Part shown: positions 52,049-61,582 of the stretch, in pieces | How positions within the stretch are numbered: position 1 is the first letter of the stretch | Layout: each line of letters starts with the position of its first letter | Assembly (NCBI GenBank): GCA_965205385.1 | Contig: CBDBGS010000008.1 | Span: forward strand, 745,752 to 809,751 | Direction of reading: 5' to 3' | Length of the DNA: 64,000 nucleotides | Source: Dehalococcoidia bacterium | Lineage (GTDB): Bacteria > Chloroflexota > Dehalococcoidia > Lucifugimonadales > UBA3495 | Notes under the pieces: generated by a model | The model's input: the letters and a program-made list of their open reading frames with translations, nothing else | Databases searched by the model: none | What the model was told of the DNA's origin: nothing | Translations under genes and position numbers: made by a program

Positions 52049-52918
52049 ATGCCCGCCATGCCAGACCGCAAGGTGTTGTTAACCGGCTCCACGGGATACG
52101 TTGCATCCCAGCTCCTGCCTACCTTCCGCGAGAATTACGAAATGACGCTGGTGGATGTAAAGGAGACCGACAGGGATGGCAGGCAGGTGGCCGGAGTGGC
52201 TATCTCCGACCTGAGTGGACCGGACCTTGGAGGATACGCTCACCTGTTCCAGGGCCAGGACGCGGTGGTGCATTTGGCATACAAGCGGAGGCGCGGAACG
52301 CCACTGGACGACTTCTATGACGAGCAGGTTAACGTCGCCATGGCCTACAATGTTTTCCGCTCGGCCTACGACGCCGGGGCGCGCCGGGTGGTGATGGCTA
52401 GCTCCAACCACGCCGCCGACTGGTACGAACATTCATTGGTCCACGCTCGCAAGCTGGAGAACCTTAACCCCTACAAATTGCCCCTGTCCGATAACTTCTA
52501 TGGTTGGGCCAAAGCAACCTACGAGCACATCGGGTTCCTGTTTGCGTCCGGCGTGTTCGGACGGAAGATGGACGTGGTGATGGTGAGGATTGGCGCTCCC
52601 AGGGAGATTCGGGTTGAGGACTTTCCCGATGACCCGGAAACGTACAAGAGGGACCTGGGAGCCTACATCAGCCCCCGCGACTTGACCCAACTATTCACGA
52701 AAGCACTCGAGGCCCCTTCTATAGAGAACGAACACGGGATTCCGTGGCTGGTCGTATACGGAATCAGCGACAATGCGCGGAGCTTTTGGTCGCTTACCAG
52801 CGCCCGCAGATATCTGGACTATCAACCTCAAGACGACTCGGAGATCAAATACGCGGATGACATCCGAGCGTTTTTGACGAGCCAGGGCGGTCTTGGCGGT
52901 CCAGGTCGGGTTGGGTAA
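52049..52918 (+). CDS. NAD-dependent epimerase/dehydratase (extended SDR) family protein
   Basis: 289 aa with the Rossmann motif LLTGSTGYVASQL and the catalytic YGWAK (YxxxK). Confidence 0.75.
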   Translation: MPAMPDRKVLLTGSTGYVASQLLPTFRENYEMTLVDVKETDRDGRQVAGVAISDLSGPDLGGYAHLFQGQDAVVHLAYKRRRGTPLDDFYDEQVNVAMAYNVFRSAYDAGARRVVMASSNHAADWYEHSLVHARKLENLNPYKLPLSDNFYGWAKATYEHIGFLFASGVFGRKMDVVMVRIGAPREIRVEDFPDDPETYKRDLGAYISPRDLTQLFTKALEAPSIENEHGIPWLVVYGISDNARSFWSLTSARRYLDYQPQDDSEIKYADDIRAFLTSQGGLGGPGRVG

Positions 52919-52934
52919 TGGATAACGGAGGAGG

Positions 52935-53777
52935 TTAAGCCGCCCGGTAGGTCATACCCTGTTCCACGGCGGCGACCTGTCCCTCGTCTTCTAGCTTCTT
53001 CAGGTGGGATACCACTTGGTGCCGCGCCAACCACAGGCGGCGCTGGCTGGAGTCGCCGTAGATCCGGGCCACCAGGTCGTCGACCCCGCCCATGCCCTCT
53101 CGTACCATTATCAGAATCTGCTCTTCCCGTTCCAGCCTGTGCCGCACCAACTCTGGAATCTGGGTGAGGGGATCGTTCATCACTGGACCATGACCCGATA
53201 CGACGGTCGTGATGCCCATGTCCAGCAGGACTTCCAGCGACTTAATGTGCTGGGCCATCGAGCCTCCCTCGTCGCTCCTCACGACCACCGTTCCTTGGCC
53301 CATGATGTGGTCCCCGGTAAACAGGATGCCCTCATCCTGTACCAGATAGCACATGGTCCCGGAGGTGTGGCCGGGAGTTGCGACCGCCCGCACTACGCGG
53401 CCACCCAAGTCGAATTGTTCGCCGCCGGTCAGGGGTAAATCGACGACTCCCGTGCCTTCCCCCACGTCGGTCTCGACGGCTTCGGCGTCATCCCGGCCTA
53501 CACCTATCTGGCAGCCCGTGGTTTCCTTGAGAATCTTGACTCCTCCCGCGTGCTCGTAGTGGCGGTGGCTAACCAGGACCCAACTCGTGGGAAAGCTGTC
53601 CAGGGGGCCGCGCCAGTAATCGAGGATGGGCTGAGTGCGGGGCAAGTCAGGGAAACCTGCGTCGATGAAGAGGCCCGTCTCCGTGCCCTTTACGTAGAAC
53701 GCGCTTACTGACGGGCCACCCTCCGTTGCGCCGGTCTCCCCCAGCTCAATTCGGTAAATCCCGTCCAAGATTTCCAT
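52935..53777 (-). CDS. MBL-fold metallo-hydrolase with a C-terminal winged-helix-like tail
   Basis: 280 aa with a metal motif region (VLVSHRHYEHAGG) and TPGHTSG. Confidence 0.75.
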   Translation of the reverse strand: MEILDGIYRIELGETGATEGGPSVSAFYVKGTETGLFIDAGFPDLPRTQPILDYWRGPLDSFPTSWVLVSHRHYEHAGGVKILKETTGCQIGVGRDDAEAVETDVGEGTGVVDLPLTGGEQFDLGGRVVRAVATPGHTSGTMCYLVQDEGILFTGDHIMGQGTVVVRSDEGGSMAQHIKSLEVLLDMGITTVVSGHGPVMNDPLTQIPELVRHRLEREEQILIMVREGMGGVDDLVARIYGDSSQRRLWLARHQVVSHLKKLEDEGQVAAVEQGMTYRAA

Positions 53778-53799
53778 TCCTTGCTCCTATGTCGCACAA

Positions 53800-54486
53800 T
53801 TAAGGTTCTAATTCGTCAGAAAGCGTTTGTGATGATTGTATATCGTCTCGACGGCGATAAGCAGATGTCACTGCAGCATTCTCTATATCGGTTCGAAACC
53901 AGTCTACCAATTGAATTATTTCGCTATGTAGATCGTTATAATCAACGGGATCGATCTCTGGTCGCTCCCCATGAGCTACCAAGTTCCGATTGGCCAATAG
54001 CCGATGATCTAGCAATGCTCCCTTTGGCGAATATGCCTTCCCGTCTAGACCCAAGAGGAAAAACACTTCGTTTAATACCTTAGAATTCAGGTTCCCACGT
54101 GTCTCAAAGGCGTTCTCCCACCCTAATATAGCCGTGTCCGAGAGCCCTGCCGTGAGTCTCGTAATCAGCTCTGTGCGTAGGGATGGGAGGTTAGACTGCC
54201 CTGCTTGTCGGATCTGCTCTCGCAGACCTATCGCTACGAAGTTTGGAGTAAGGTCTCGATATCGCAGATTGCGGGAGGCTACGAAGGATAAGTAACTGGT
54301 CGCTGCTGCTTTGATAAACCCTTCCCAATAGGCGTAGAGTAGGCATATTCCTGCGCGCAAGAGCAACATTCTCTCGTGTGGTCGAGACTTGCCTAGCATA
54401 AACCTGAGTGTTGTCAGTTCTTTCTTTCGCCACGCAAGCTCCGAGTCCAGAAACTCTGACAACTCGATAAGGGTACGAATCCTCAC
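53800..54486 (-). CDS. HEPN-domain protein, RiboL-PSP / MAE_28990-like predicted RNase
   Basis: 228 aa with LLYAYWEGFIKAA near the N-terminus and the Rx4H HEPN motif in LANRNLVAHGE. The GTG start overlaps the upstream stop (GTGA). The gene is low in GC. Confidence 0.6.
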   Translation of the reverse strand: MRIRTLIELSEFLDSELAWRKKELTTLRFMLGKSRPHERMLLLRAGICLLYAYWEGFIKAAATSYLSFVASRNLRYRDLTPNFVAIGLREQIRQAGQSNLPSLRTELITRLTAGLSDTAILGWENAFETRGNLNSKVLNEVFFLLGLDGKAYSPKGALLDHRLLANRNLVAHGERPEIDPVDYNDLHSEIIQLVDWFRTDIENAAVTSAYRRRDDIQSSQTLSDELEP

Positions 54487-55595
54487 GTACCAAATAGGTT
54501 TCGGCCGAGAGGGATGGTCGTGGTAATTCGGGACGAAGCTCGAACTCCCATGCCGATGTTAGCCAGAAACGTAGTGTCTGACCAAAGTGATTTGGAAACT
54601 TGTACGACATTGGGATCTTTGGAGCCGTCAGCATAGAATGAGTAATGGTGACCCAAACCGATGGCTAAGGGTTCGAAAGCCGATATCAAGAATCCGCCGA
54701 GATACCGGCCTCTGTCTTGATCAAATCTACGAAAGCTACTGTCAGACAGGGATTTTGCAAGGGTCTCAAACGTGAATCTGAAAGCATGTTCCTCTTCCGC
54801 CTTGATCTCTTGAAATTTGTCGCATTCCGCGATCTTGACGATCCTATCAGTGAGGAAATCTCCGATGTCGCCCATGGCGCGTAGTTCCTGCTCTTCGAGA
54901 TTCCTAAAAACTAAGAAACGGACAACCAGTTCGAGGTGGTATTGCTCCGAACGCTGCCGGTCAGATAGGGCCACACAGGTTTGGAAGTTGTCATCATCGG
55001 CGAGATCTCTAACCCATTGATAGGCCTCGCGATTGACCATAATGAGAATCACATTTCTCACTTCTTGTTCCGATAGGAAAGACCCTCCAGTGTTCAGTCT
55101 TTGAAAAAGCTCGTATTTGGTTGACTCACTGCTTTCGCGGAGTATTACCTTAACATCAATTTTTGAGCGCCTAATGATGAGCTGATTAGTGCTGCCGATT
55201 GACAAGGATGGGTCCTCAGCTTCCCATATCCTGCCTTCCAGAGAAGGAAGGTATTTGGTGCCCTTTAGCATCAAGGGATCGACTGGGTTTCCCTTCTCAT
55301 CCTTCAAGTGCCCGACTAGCTGGAAGATGGTCGCCAACCTCTGTAATCCATCAATCACATCCCAAACGCCATCCTCTCTTTGAGAAACAAATATTGATGG
55401 CAGGGGAATTCCCAGCAATATTGATTCGATTAGCCGGGACTTCTGATGATCATTCCATCTGTAGAACCTTTGAAATTCCGGATGGATATCTAACTCACCG
55501 TCTCTATATATATTTATGAGCTCACCGATGGACATCGGGTAACCATCACTACGAATTTCGGCACGCTTTGATTCAATTTCTTGGTCGAGGCTCAT
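54483..55595 (-). CDS. DUF262 (ParB-like nuclease/NTPase domain) protein
   Basis: It has the DUF262 hallmarks IHPEFQRFYRW and VIDGLQRLATI. I chose the ATG at 55595 (MSLDQEIE), which has a GGAG RBS; the track ORF starts at 55634. There is no DUF1524/HNH C-terminal domain. Confidence 0.7.
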   Translation of the reverse strand: MSLDQEIESKRAEIRSDGYPMSIGELINIYRDGELDIHPEFQRFYRWNDHQKSRLIESILLGIPLPSIFVSQREDGVWDVIDGLQRLATIFQLVGHLKDEKGNPVDPLMLKGTKYLPSLEGRIWEAEDPSLSIGSTNQLIIRRSKIDVKVILRESSESTKYELFQRLNTGGSFLSEQEVRNVILIMVNREAYQWVRDLADDDNFQTCVALSDRQRSEQYHLELVVRFLVFRNLEEQELRAMGDIGDFLTDRIVKIAECDKFQEIKAEEEHAFRFTFETLAKSLSDSSFRRFDQDRGRYLGGFLISAFEPLAIGLGHHYSFYADGSKDPNVVQVSKSLWSDTTFLANIGMGVRASSRITTTIPLGRNLFGT

Positions 55596-55847
55596 ACCAA
55601 TGCTCCAAAGAGTGATTCGTGAGGAACCGTGCACTGCCCGTAAGATCCGCCTCGAGTTCTAACCAGAGCCATCGCAAGTCCGTCCATTGGAGATCTAGAT
55701 CGACGCTTCCAAAGACGGATCAACCACTAAGACTGATCTTTAGGATTGTCTCTGTCCTGGTCCTCAGGAATTTGAGGGACGAGATACCAAAGGATCTGAA
55801 TGGAACTCCTTGCCGAGGTGTTCCAGCAGTCTCCGCTTTGGGCGAGA

Positions 55848-56405
55848 TCAGGCGTGGGAAAAACCGGGAGAGCTCCGGTCGAGAGGGTCCTGGCCAAGGC
55901 CCAGGTACTTGTGCCGGAGGCGGTCCCAAAGGTCCAATCGGTCCCATTCCGGGTCCTTGATGATCGTTTGTTCGTCGGTAAGGAATGGGTTCGGAAGCAT
56001 GAAAGTGATTTGTTGCTCATCCGCGCCGTTGAACAGCCGCAACCCCCAGTCACCGGGTTTGCCGTTGCTGAGACGACGGTAGAGCTCGGCACGGGCTGTC
56101 TGGCGCCGCTTGGCAAGCTCTGGTGGGGATCCCTTGTGTTCCCCGATGCAGATGTGAAAGTGCCAGTCCTGGAAGTCGATGGTGGCATAACCGTCGAAAG
56201 TCTTGATCCTTGGCTTGCGGGGAGGACGAATCTCCCAGGCTGCCCCCTGAATCAGCGGACCGATGTGAAGGTGTTCCCACTCCTCAAAGCAGTCTTCGAA
56301 TATCGCCAGTAGGGTGGCTTCATCGTTCGGCAAGGGGAACATCTCGAAAACTCCGTCTTCTTCCTGGACGATGTTCCCTCGCTGGCCTGTTTGTTGGGAG
56401 CTCAT
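55848..56405 (-). CDS. hypothetical protein
   Basis: The ATG at 56405 (MSSQQTG...) is preceded by GGAG. It is ~185 aa, rich in acidic and aromatic residues, and I recognise no family. Confidence 0.45.
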   Translation of the reverse strand: MSSQQTGQRGNIVQEEDGVFEMFPLPNDEATLLAIFEDCFEEWEHLHIGPLIQGAAWEIRPPRKPRIKTFDGYATIDFQDWHFHICIGEHKGSPPELAKRRQTARAELYRRLSNGKPGDWGLRLFNGADEQQITFMLPNPFLTDEQTIIKDPEWDRLDLWDRLRHKYLGLGQDPLDRSSPGFSHA

Positions 56406-56600
56406 TCTTACGTCTCCTGGACCCGCGAGGCTCGCGGGTGGTAGGAATGCGGAACAAGCCAAATTCTAACCCCTACCTGGTTGCGTTGCCTAGCGGCGGC
56501 GTCTTCAGCCCTCACCATTCGCCGTTGACAGCCTCAACGGCCGCCCATACACTCGCCTACACGTCCCGTAATCCCCTGACCCCTGGAGGAAAACCGGAAC

Positions 56601-57305
56601 ATGAAGAACAAGATATACGCGAGTTTCGACGAAGCCGTGGCCGACATTCCCGACGGCTCCACTATCATGTTTCCGGGTTTCGGAGTCGGCTCCCCCCAAA
56701 ACCTGATCTCCGCGCTCAACCGCCAGGGCGCAAAACAGCTCACGGGAATCTCCAACGGTCATGGCGGGACTACTGGACGGGTCGACGTCGGCACCCTCAT
56801 CGAGGCCGGTCAAGTCAGGAAGATGATCTGCGCCTTTACGGCGCCGACCCACCCGTCGCGGATTACACCCTTCGTCCAGAAGTACAACGATGGTGAGATG
56901 GAAGCTGAGCTTCTTCCTCAGGGCACCCTGGCCGAGCGCATCCGTTCCGCCGCCGCCGGCATCGGGGGCTTCTTCACTCCCGCCAGCGTCGGCACCGAGC
57001 TTGCGGAGGGAAAAGAACACCGGGAGATTAACGGGCGCACTTATGTCCTGGAGTTTCCCCTCCACGCCGACTACGCGTTCATCAAGGCGTGGAAGGCCGA
57101 TACCTTCGGCAATTTACAGTTCCGGCTGGCCCAACGAAACTTCAATCCAATAATGGCCATGGCCGCGAAGACCACAATAGTCGAGCTGGAAAACGAGGTA
57201 GTTCCCATGGGGGAGTTGGACCCCGACAAAATCCATGTCCCTGGTATATACGTGGACCGGATGCTCACTATCCCGGCCGATGGCATATGGGAAACGGGTC
57301 CATAA
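56601..57305 (+). CDS. 3-oxoacid CoA-transferase subunit A (AtoD/ScoA family)
   Basis: 234 aa. The N-terminus KIYASFDEAVADIPDGSTIMFPGFG is typical of subunit A. No subunit B gene follows. Confidence 0.8.
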   Translation: MKNKIYASFDEAVADIPDGSTIMFPGFGVGSPQNLISALNRQGAKQLTGISNGHGGTTGRVDVGTLIEAGQVRKMICAFTAPTHPSRITPFVQKYNDGEMEAELLPQGTLAERIRSAAAGIGGFFTPASVGTELAEGKEHREINGRTYVLEFPLHADYAFIKAWKADTFGNLQFRLAQRNFNPIMAMAAKTTIVELENEVVPMGELDPDKIHVPGIYVDRMLTIPADGIWETGP

Positions 57306-57436
57306 TCGGGCGTTAATCCAGGGTTAATTCAACGCCCGTTGACACCCCCAAACCCAAGGAGTAGTGTGGCGGCAGACCACGCCGGGAGTCATACCACCGG
57401 GAAAATCAACCCATTCAAACCGCAAAGAAGAATTAG

Positions 57437-58246
57437 ATGCAAGGGCGAACTATCTTTGGCGGCTCTACTCCAATGGGTTTGTGGGTCAGTGTCTTCCTAA
57501 CGGTAGGAATCGCGCTACCTTTGGCTGGATTCTTCGCCTCGCCTAGCGCAACCCTAGCGACATGCGCCGTCTCTGAGGGAGATGACCAGGACTATAAGTA
57601 CGGTGGATTTTACTATTCTGGAGGATTATCCGGCTCAGGTTATGCAATACGGGCCGACCTTTGGAATTACAACCCTTCCCCCGTCTTCGAGGGAACGGCG
57701 TTCTGGGTTATGTGGGAAAATTCGTTCGCGTATGCTCAAGTGGGTTGGGCCAAGGAAGACGATGATTCAGCCGAGTATGTATTCTTACAATATACCGATG
57801 AAGATGGCGAAAACGTGTGGACGAGATACTATAATGCATCCACAGACTTATGGGTGAGAAGCCCTGCCACACAGCCGTCTAGTTCCAAAGAATACACGGT
57901 TACCTGGGTAGCGGGGAGTGGAGGCGGCGAGCCTCATCAATTCCAGTTCGTATATGACGGCGGGAAGATCTATGCCGCCAACCCTGATTGGGAACCGGAG
58001 GGGTGGCAGGTTATGGCGGAAACACTGAATTTCAGAAGCGTTTCCCCGACGGACAAGGGTGACCACGCGGCAGGAGATACTACAAATAAGATCCACGCCG
58101 ATGATATAGAACTCTACGATACTGCTGTGGGATGGCACGATGTGGAGTATTACATTAATATAAAGCCCGAAGGTAACCACGACACCGATACTGTGGGAGT
58201 CACAGATACAGGTTTCAGAGTATGGGATAAACGATGCGCCAGCTAA
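57437..58246 (+). CDS. secreted/membrane-anchored hypothetical protein
   Basis: 269 aa with an N-terminal hydrophobic segment. It is Trp/Tyr/Asp-rich, lower in GC than the surroundings, and has no recognised family. Confidence 0.45.
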   Translation: MQGRTIFGGSTPMGLWVSVFLTVGIALPLAGFFASPSATLATCAVSEGDDQDYKYGGFYYSGGLSGSGYAIRADLWNYNPSPVFEGTAFWVMWENSFAYAQVGWAKEDDDSAEYVFLQYTDEDGENVWTRYYNASTDLWVRSPATQPSSSKEYTVTWVAGSGGGEPHQFQFVYDGGKIYAANPDWEPEGWQVMAETLNFRSVSPTDKGDHAAGDTTNKIHADDIELYDTAVGWHDVEYYINIKPEGNHDTDTVGVTDTGFRVWDKRCAS

Positions 58247-58288
58247 AGTTTGGCACGAAAATAGTTCTTTATGAGTGAGTAGGTAATT

Positions 58289-58783
58289 ATGCTTAAGACA
58301 ATTGGGATACTCACCTTAATCTCAACCATGACCATTTTGGCCGCCGTTGTTTTCGGTGGGTGGGTTCTTGGGGGAGAATCAGAAACTACCAAGGATATTG
58401 GCGCCAGAGTTCCCGGAGACGTGGAGCTCTCGCCGGACTCCTTTGTACCTAAGCTAAGCAGAGAGGAAGGGCTCTCAATAGCCAGAGAGGATGCGGCGAA
58501 AGGATTCAATATACCCAGGTCTGAAATTGACGATCTGCCCGTGGAAACCACCATAGCGGCATTCACCGGCAAGACCGATGTGCCCGGCCCGAATTTAACC
58601 AATCACAGGGTTCGCGTGGTTGTGTTCAGGGACTTCGACTATGTGTCTGCCTTCGTACCTCGCGGCTTCAGCGCTAGGTACGGAGACCCCAGATACACCC
58701 TGGTGTTGGATGACGCTACTGGAGAGGTGATTTACGGCTCGGCAACTCACCGGAAGCTAAAATCGGGAGATGATTCACCATAG
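58289..58783 (+). CDS. membrane-anchored hypothetical protein (PepSY-like C-terminal region?)
   Basis: 164 aa with a single N-terminal TM helix. The C-terminal YTLVLDDATGEVIYG resembles PepSY-type domains. Confidence 0.4.
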   Translation: MLKTIGILTLISTMTILAAVVFGGWVLGGESETTKDIGARVPGDVELSPDSFVPKLSREEGLSIAREDAAKGFNIPRSEIDDLPVETTIAAFTGKTDVPGPNLTNHRVRVVVFRDFDYVSAFVPRGFSARYGDPRYTLVLDDATGEVIYGSATHRKLKSGDDSP

Positions 58784-58880
58784 TTTCCCCGGGAAAGGCA
58801 ATCGCGTGGGGCGGCAGCCCAGCCGGAGCGCCAACAACCCTAAAATGAACTCAGGGAAAACACAAAAAGAGGAGGAACTG

Positions 58881-59696
58881 ATGGCCAGGTATGAAGGGAT
58901 GCTTGCCGAGACGGTGAGAATTCAAGGACACAATGGCGACGAGATCGACGCATACCTCGCTCGCCCCCTGGGGCCCGGACCTTTCGGAAGCGTGGTGTTG
59001 ATTCACCACATGCCGGGATGGGACGCGGCATCCAAGGAGATGGCCCGCAAGCTCGCGGCCAACGGGTTTGCCACTATTTCCCCGGATATCCATTACCGTG
59101 TGCGGGAGAAGGTCGGGTTCGGTGCATCCCACGAAGAGGTCAGCGGCGCCGTCCGTGAGGGCGGGATGATTCCCGACTCCCAGTGCATCGGCGATGTGGA
59201 AGCCTCGATGCGCTATCTTCGCTCTCTGCCCTACACAAACGGCAAGGTGGGAGTGATCGGGTTCTGCTCCGGTGGCCGGCAGGTCTACCTGGTGGCCTGC
59301 AACATCCCCAGCCTTGACGCCGCTGTGGACTGCTGGGGTGGTGGTGTAACCGCCCGCGATTCGGAAGCGCCCACCGATTCCATGCCTGTAGCCCCCATCG
59401 AGATGACCGCCAACATGAATTGCCCGTTGCTGGGAATATTCGGGAATGAGGACGCTCGACCTTCACCCGAGGAAGTGGACCTTACCGAGTTGGTCCTCAA
59501 GCAGAACAACAAGGTCCATGACTTCCACCGGTACGATGACGCAGGCCACGGCTTCTTCGCCGTCGACCGCCCCAGCTATCGCCAGGCTGCCGCAACGGAC
59601 GCCTGGGACAAGGTAATAGGCTTCTACAACCAATACCTGAGCACCCCCACCGGCGCTCCGGAGGTCCGGGAGGCCGTAGCCGCCGACGACAATTAG
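58881..59696 (+). CDS. dienelactone hydrolase family protein
   Basis: This uses the internal ATG (MARYEGML...) of track ORF 58770. It has the nucleophile motif GVIGFCSGGR and a C-terminal DAGHGF, typical of the DLH family. Confidence 0.75.
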   Translation: MARYEGMLAETVRIQGHNGDEIDAYLARPLGPGPFGSVVLIHHMPGWDAASKEMARKLAANGFATISPDIHYRVREKVGFGASHEEVSGAVREGGMIPDSQCIGDVEASMRYLRSLPYTNGKVGVIGFCSGGRQVYLVACNIPSLDAAVDCWGGGVTARDSEAPTDSMPVAPIEMTANMNCPLLGIFGNEDARPSPEEVDLTELVLKQNNKVHDFHRYDDAGHGFFAVDRPSYRQAAATDAWDKVIGFYNQYLSTPTGAPEVREAVAADDN

Positions 59697-59799
59697 CCTA
59701 TAACCAGTCCGTAATAGGGTCTCATAACAACACCTCCGGACACTCCGGGGGTGTTGTTACATCTCGGCCTATCGGGATTCCCCGCCAGAAGGAGAGAAA

Positions 59800-60597
59800 A
59801 TGGCCACCGATACGAAGATACAGCGGACCGCCGAATTATTGGCCGCACAATACCGGGATGGACAGCGGTATAGCCTGGACGATGAGTCCGCTCCCAAAAC
59901 AATGGACGAGGCCTATGCGATTCAGGCGGCCTATCAGGAGCTGCTAGCGGAATCCAGGGGCTCCATTGCCGGTTACAAGATCGCGTATACAACCACGACC
60001 ATGCGCCAGAATTCAGGCATAACCGAGCCTGGCGCGGGCATCGTCCTGGCTAATACTGTCTACAATTCCCCCGCGAGGGTCCACAGCGGGGACTACCTGC
60101 GCCTGGGCATCGAATGCGAGGTTGCGGCGCGCCTGGGGGAAGACCTCCCCGCTTCCGGCGCCCCTTACGACCGGAGCCGCGTGGAAGAGGCCGTTGACGC
60201 GGTGATGGCGGCCTTCGAGATCATAGACGGGCGGGGCTCTGAAATTCAAGACCCGCAAGCGCGGTTGTTGGCGGGCATCGCCACCAACATATCCAACGCG
60301 GGGGTCGCGTTGGGTCCCGCGGTCACTGACTGGCGCACCGTGGACCTGGCGGCATCCCGCGGTTCAATGACCATCAACGGGGAGTTGGTCGGTGAAGGGC
60401 TAGGCTCAGACGTAATGGGACACCCGCTGGAGCCGTTGGTGTGGCTGGTGAACATGCTTGCGGCGAAAGGGTCTGGCCTCTCAGCGGGCATGGTTGTGAT
60501 CACCGGGAGCATCGTCACCCCCAAGTTCTTGAATGCCGGAGACCATGCCGTCGTGGCGGTGGAAGGTCTGGGCGAGGCGGTCCTGGACGTGACCTAG
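59800..60597 (+). CDS. 2-keto-4-pentenoate hydratase / 2-oxohepta-3-ene-1,7-dioate hydratase family (FAH fold)
   Basis: 265 aa with the EAYAIQ block, GYKIAYTT and ITGS near the C-terminus. Confidence 0.7.
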   Translation: MATDTKIQRTAELLAAQYRDGQRYSLDDESAPKTMDEAYAIQAAYQELLAESRGSIAGYKIAYTTTTMRQNSGITEPGAGIVLANTVYNSPARVHSGDYLRLGIECEVAARLGEDLPASGAPYDRSRVEEAVDAVMAAFEIIDGRGSEIQDPQARLLAGIATNISNAGVALGPAVTDWRTVDLAASRGSMTINGELVGEGLGSDVMGHPLEPLVWLVNMLAAKGSGLSAGMVVITGSIVTPKFLNAGDHAVVAVEGLGEAVLDVT

Positions 60598-61201
60598 CCG
60601 CTGGGAATATCAGTAGTCGGCCGTGCCCGCTCACCCTGAACGCGGCTAAGTGAAGCCGCAGGCGTAACGCGGCGGAGTCGAAGGGCCATCCTCAATGAAG
60701 CATGTCCTTCGTCTACGCCGCGTTACGGTCGGGATGATCACGGTCGGGATGAGCGAGGTAGCCTCCTTGATCGGCAATTGGCCATGAAAACCTAGAGACC
60801 CTGCCCTCTCACCAGGGTCTTTCAATTCTCCGAGACCCCCGCCATTCGCCCTTCCTCAGAATCCAAAACCTTGGCAATCGTCCTAAACCATAAGCGTGAG
60901 GTCTCCCGCCCCGCGCCTCCCAACTGACATTTCCCCCTTCCCATTCCGCGTTGCACCTCTCTACCATCCATATCACTCAACATCTCCGAACACTAGCCTG
61001 GACCCGAATCCCATCCCACAAGGAGGCGCATGTCCCAAAATGTCTCAGTTTGACTCAAAACAAAAAACTCCGGCCTCTCCGCCAGGCGCCGAACAGCCGG
61101 TTCCCCATGCCCGCCGCCGTAGCCGAAGCCCCACTCGCCCCCGTCCGACCCCAGGGTCTCCATAACGCCCTCACAATCAAGACCCGCCAGGAGAAATATC
61201 T

Positions 61202-61582
61202 ATGACTCTCGGCCAAATAAATTCCGAAATCCGCCGCCTCCAGCGTAAACTGGCCCGTCCATTGGCCCAAGTCGCCATCCAACGCATGTCCCAGGAGCTG
61301 TGCGATGAGTGGTCCTGCACCCTGCTGGAAAAGGAGCTCTTACCGGATGCCCAACCCTTCATTCAACGGGTTGTGGACGCGGGTTTCCGTCTCTCCACCT
61401 TCGCCTCAGTCAGACGTTACCTGGACGAATGCCGCAACAACGGAGAGGTCCCGCTCCTCAAACCCCTTCTCCGCACCCACCCAGCTCCATATCGAATAAG
61501 TGGGATGTGGTTGAAGAAATGTGGACAGGTCCTACGATGGCCTATCTCCCGTCAGGAATATCTCCGTCCCAGGCTTCTTTAG
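61202..61582 (+). CDS. hypothetical protein (weak call)
   Basis: 126-aa ORF. Its 3-prime end overlaps the convergent lipoprotein gene by ~50 nt. No motif recognised. Confidence 0.3.
   Translation: MTLGQINSEIRRLQRKLARPLAQVAIQRMSQELCDEWSCTLLEKELLPDAQPFIQRVVDAGFRLSTFASVRRYLDECRNNGEVPLLKPLLRTHPAPYRISGMWLKKCGQVLRWPISRQEYLRPRLL

Noticed and set aside
60896-61165. 89-aa Pro-rich ORF in the 600-bp gap.
   Set aside because: It has low-complexity composition, a GTG start without an RBS, and no similarity I recognise. I treated the region as non-coding or uncertain.
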